DNA of 64,000 nt, taken from Candidatus Eiseniibacteriota bacterium (GTDB lineage: Bacteria; Eisenbacteria; RBG-16-71-46). The DNA lies in NCBI GenBank assembly GCA_963744995.1, contig CAVUWA010000002.1:896001-960000 (forward strand), in the 5' to 3' direction. This document shows positions 63,337-64,000 of this stretch, piece by piece. The position numbers and the translations under genes are program-made. The notes beneath the pieces were generated by a model that did no database searches, was not told the origin of the DNA, and saw only the letters and a program-made list of their open reading frames with translations. Within the stretch, counting starts at the first letter, position 1; every line of letters starts with the position of its first letter.

Positions 63337-63468
63337 CGGCCCGCGGGTGCGAGCGGCCGACGTGGCGTTGCACCAGCGGCGCCCGCGCGCTCTGCCCTCA
63401 TCCGTTTGCGCCGTCGAGGGTTGTGTTACGGTTCGGGCGCGATCGTGACCGTTCGAAAGGGAGAGACC

Positions 63469-63924
63469 ATGCTCGAGTCCATCAAGGCGTTCTTCAACAC
63501 GAAAATGAAGCCCGAAGCACAGGCCGAAGGCCCCTCGATGGACGAGCGGATTCGGGTCGCCGCCTGCGCGATGCTGCTCGAGCTGGCGCACGCCGACGAC
63601 GAGTTCACCAAGGACGAACGGCGGCACATCGAAGAGGCGATGATCCGCCACTTCGACCTGAGCGTGGAGCAGGCGAAGGAGCTGATCGCCATCGCCGAGA
63701 AGGCGCGTGAGGACTCGGTCGACCTGTTCCAGTTCGCGAACCTGGTCTCCGACCACTACGACGAAGGCCAGAAGATGGTGCTCGCCGAGGTCATGTGGGG
63801 CGTCGTGCAGTCCGACGGCCGCCTGTCCGGGCACGAGGACTACCTGATGACCAAGTTCTCGCGCCTGCTCGACCTGCGGCCGGGGTATCTCGCCGAAGCC
63901 CGGAAGCGCGCGGAAGAAAAGTAG
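63469..63924 (+). CDS. TerB family protein
   Basis: LLELAHAD...E and V..SDG.L..HE motifs; SD upstream of ATG 63469. Confidence 0.85.
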   Translation: MLESIKAFFNTKMKPEAQAEGPSMDERIRVAACAMLLELAHADDEFTKDERRHIEEAMIRHFDLSVEQAKELIAIAEKAREDSVDLFQFANLVSDHYDEGQKMVLAEVMWGVVQSDGRLSGHEDYLMTKFSRLLDLRPGYLAEARKRAEEK

Positions 63925-64000
63925 GGCGCCGGCGCAGGGGCCCGCGCCGCCGCGCGCATCTCACGGCAGCGGCGGCTCCGGCAGCGTGCCGTCGAGCGTG

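Noticed and set aside
63961..64000. 3' end of a minus-strand gene (..TLDGTLPEPPLP*)
   Set aside because: Only 12 codons are visible, so no product can be assigned.

Overview
GC-rich bacterial chromosomal window. Several secreted proteins carry a FlgD-Ig/T9SS-type C-terminal tag, which suggests an FCB-related lineage such as Ca. Eisenbacteria (inference only). 1-26.5 kb is housekeeping: the nuoF'GHJKLMN complex I operon (no nuoI between H and J), lipoprotein MsrA, moeA/moaC, a sensor-less sigma54 activator, an AlaX editing protein, a HEAT-repeat/HD-GYP pair, a DEAD-box helicase, an ABC1 kinase, an acyltransferase, a deacetylase, a PLP enzyme and mutM. About 26.5-48.8 kb is accessory: an orphan Tae4-like amidase, a cNMP histidine kinase, AmpG, five ECF sigma factors with three Zn anti-sigmas and recognisable promoters, a ~460 bp inverted repeat formed by two ECF paralogs, redox enzymes, a cupredoxin fusion and CTD-tagged secreted proteins. 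This part has many homopolymer frameshifts and a garbled ~1.1 kb stretch that look like long-read errors. 49-64 kb holds a Clp-type double AAA+ ATPase with a predicted N-terminal membrane helix fused to a release-factor-like domain lacking GGQ (best candidate novel system), then murQ-SBP-anmK-spoIID, tRNA-Asp, a beta-helix protein, a hyperacidic small protein, speB, an RlmI-like methyltransferase and TerB. All calls come from reading motifs by eye; no searches were run.
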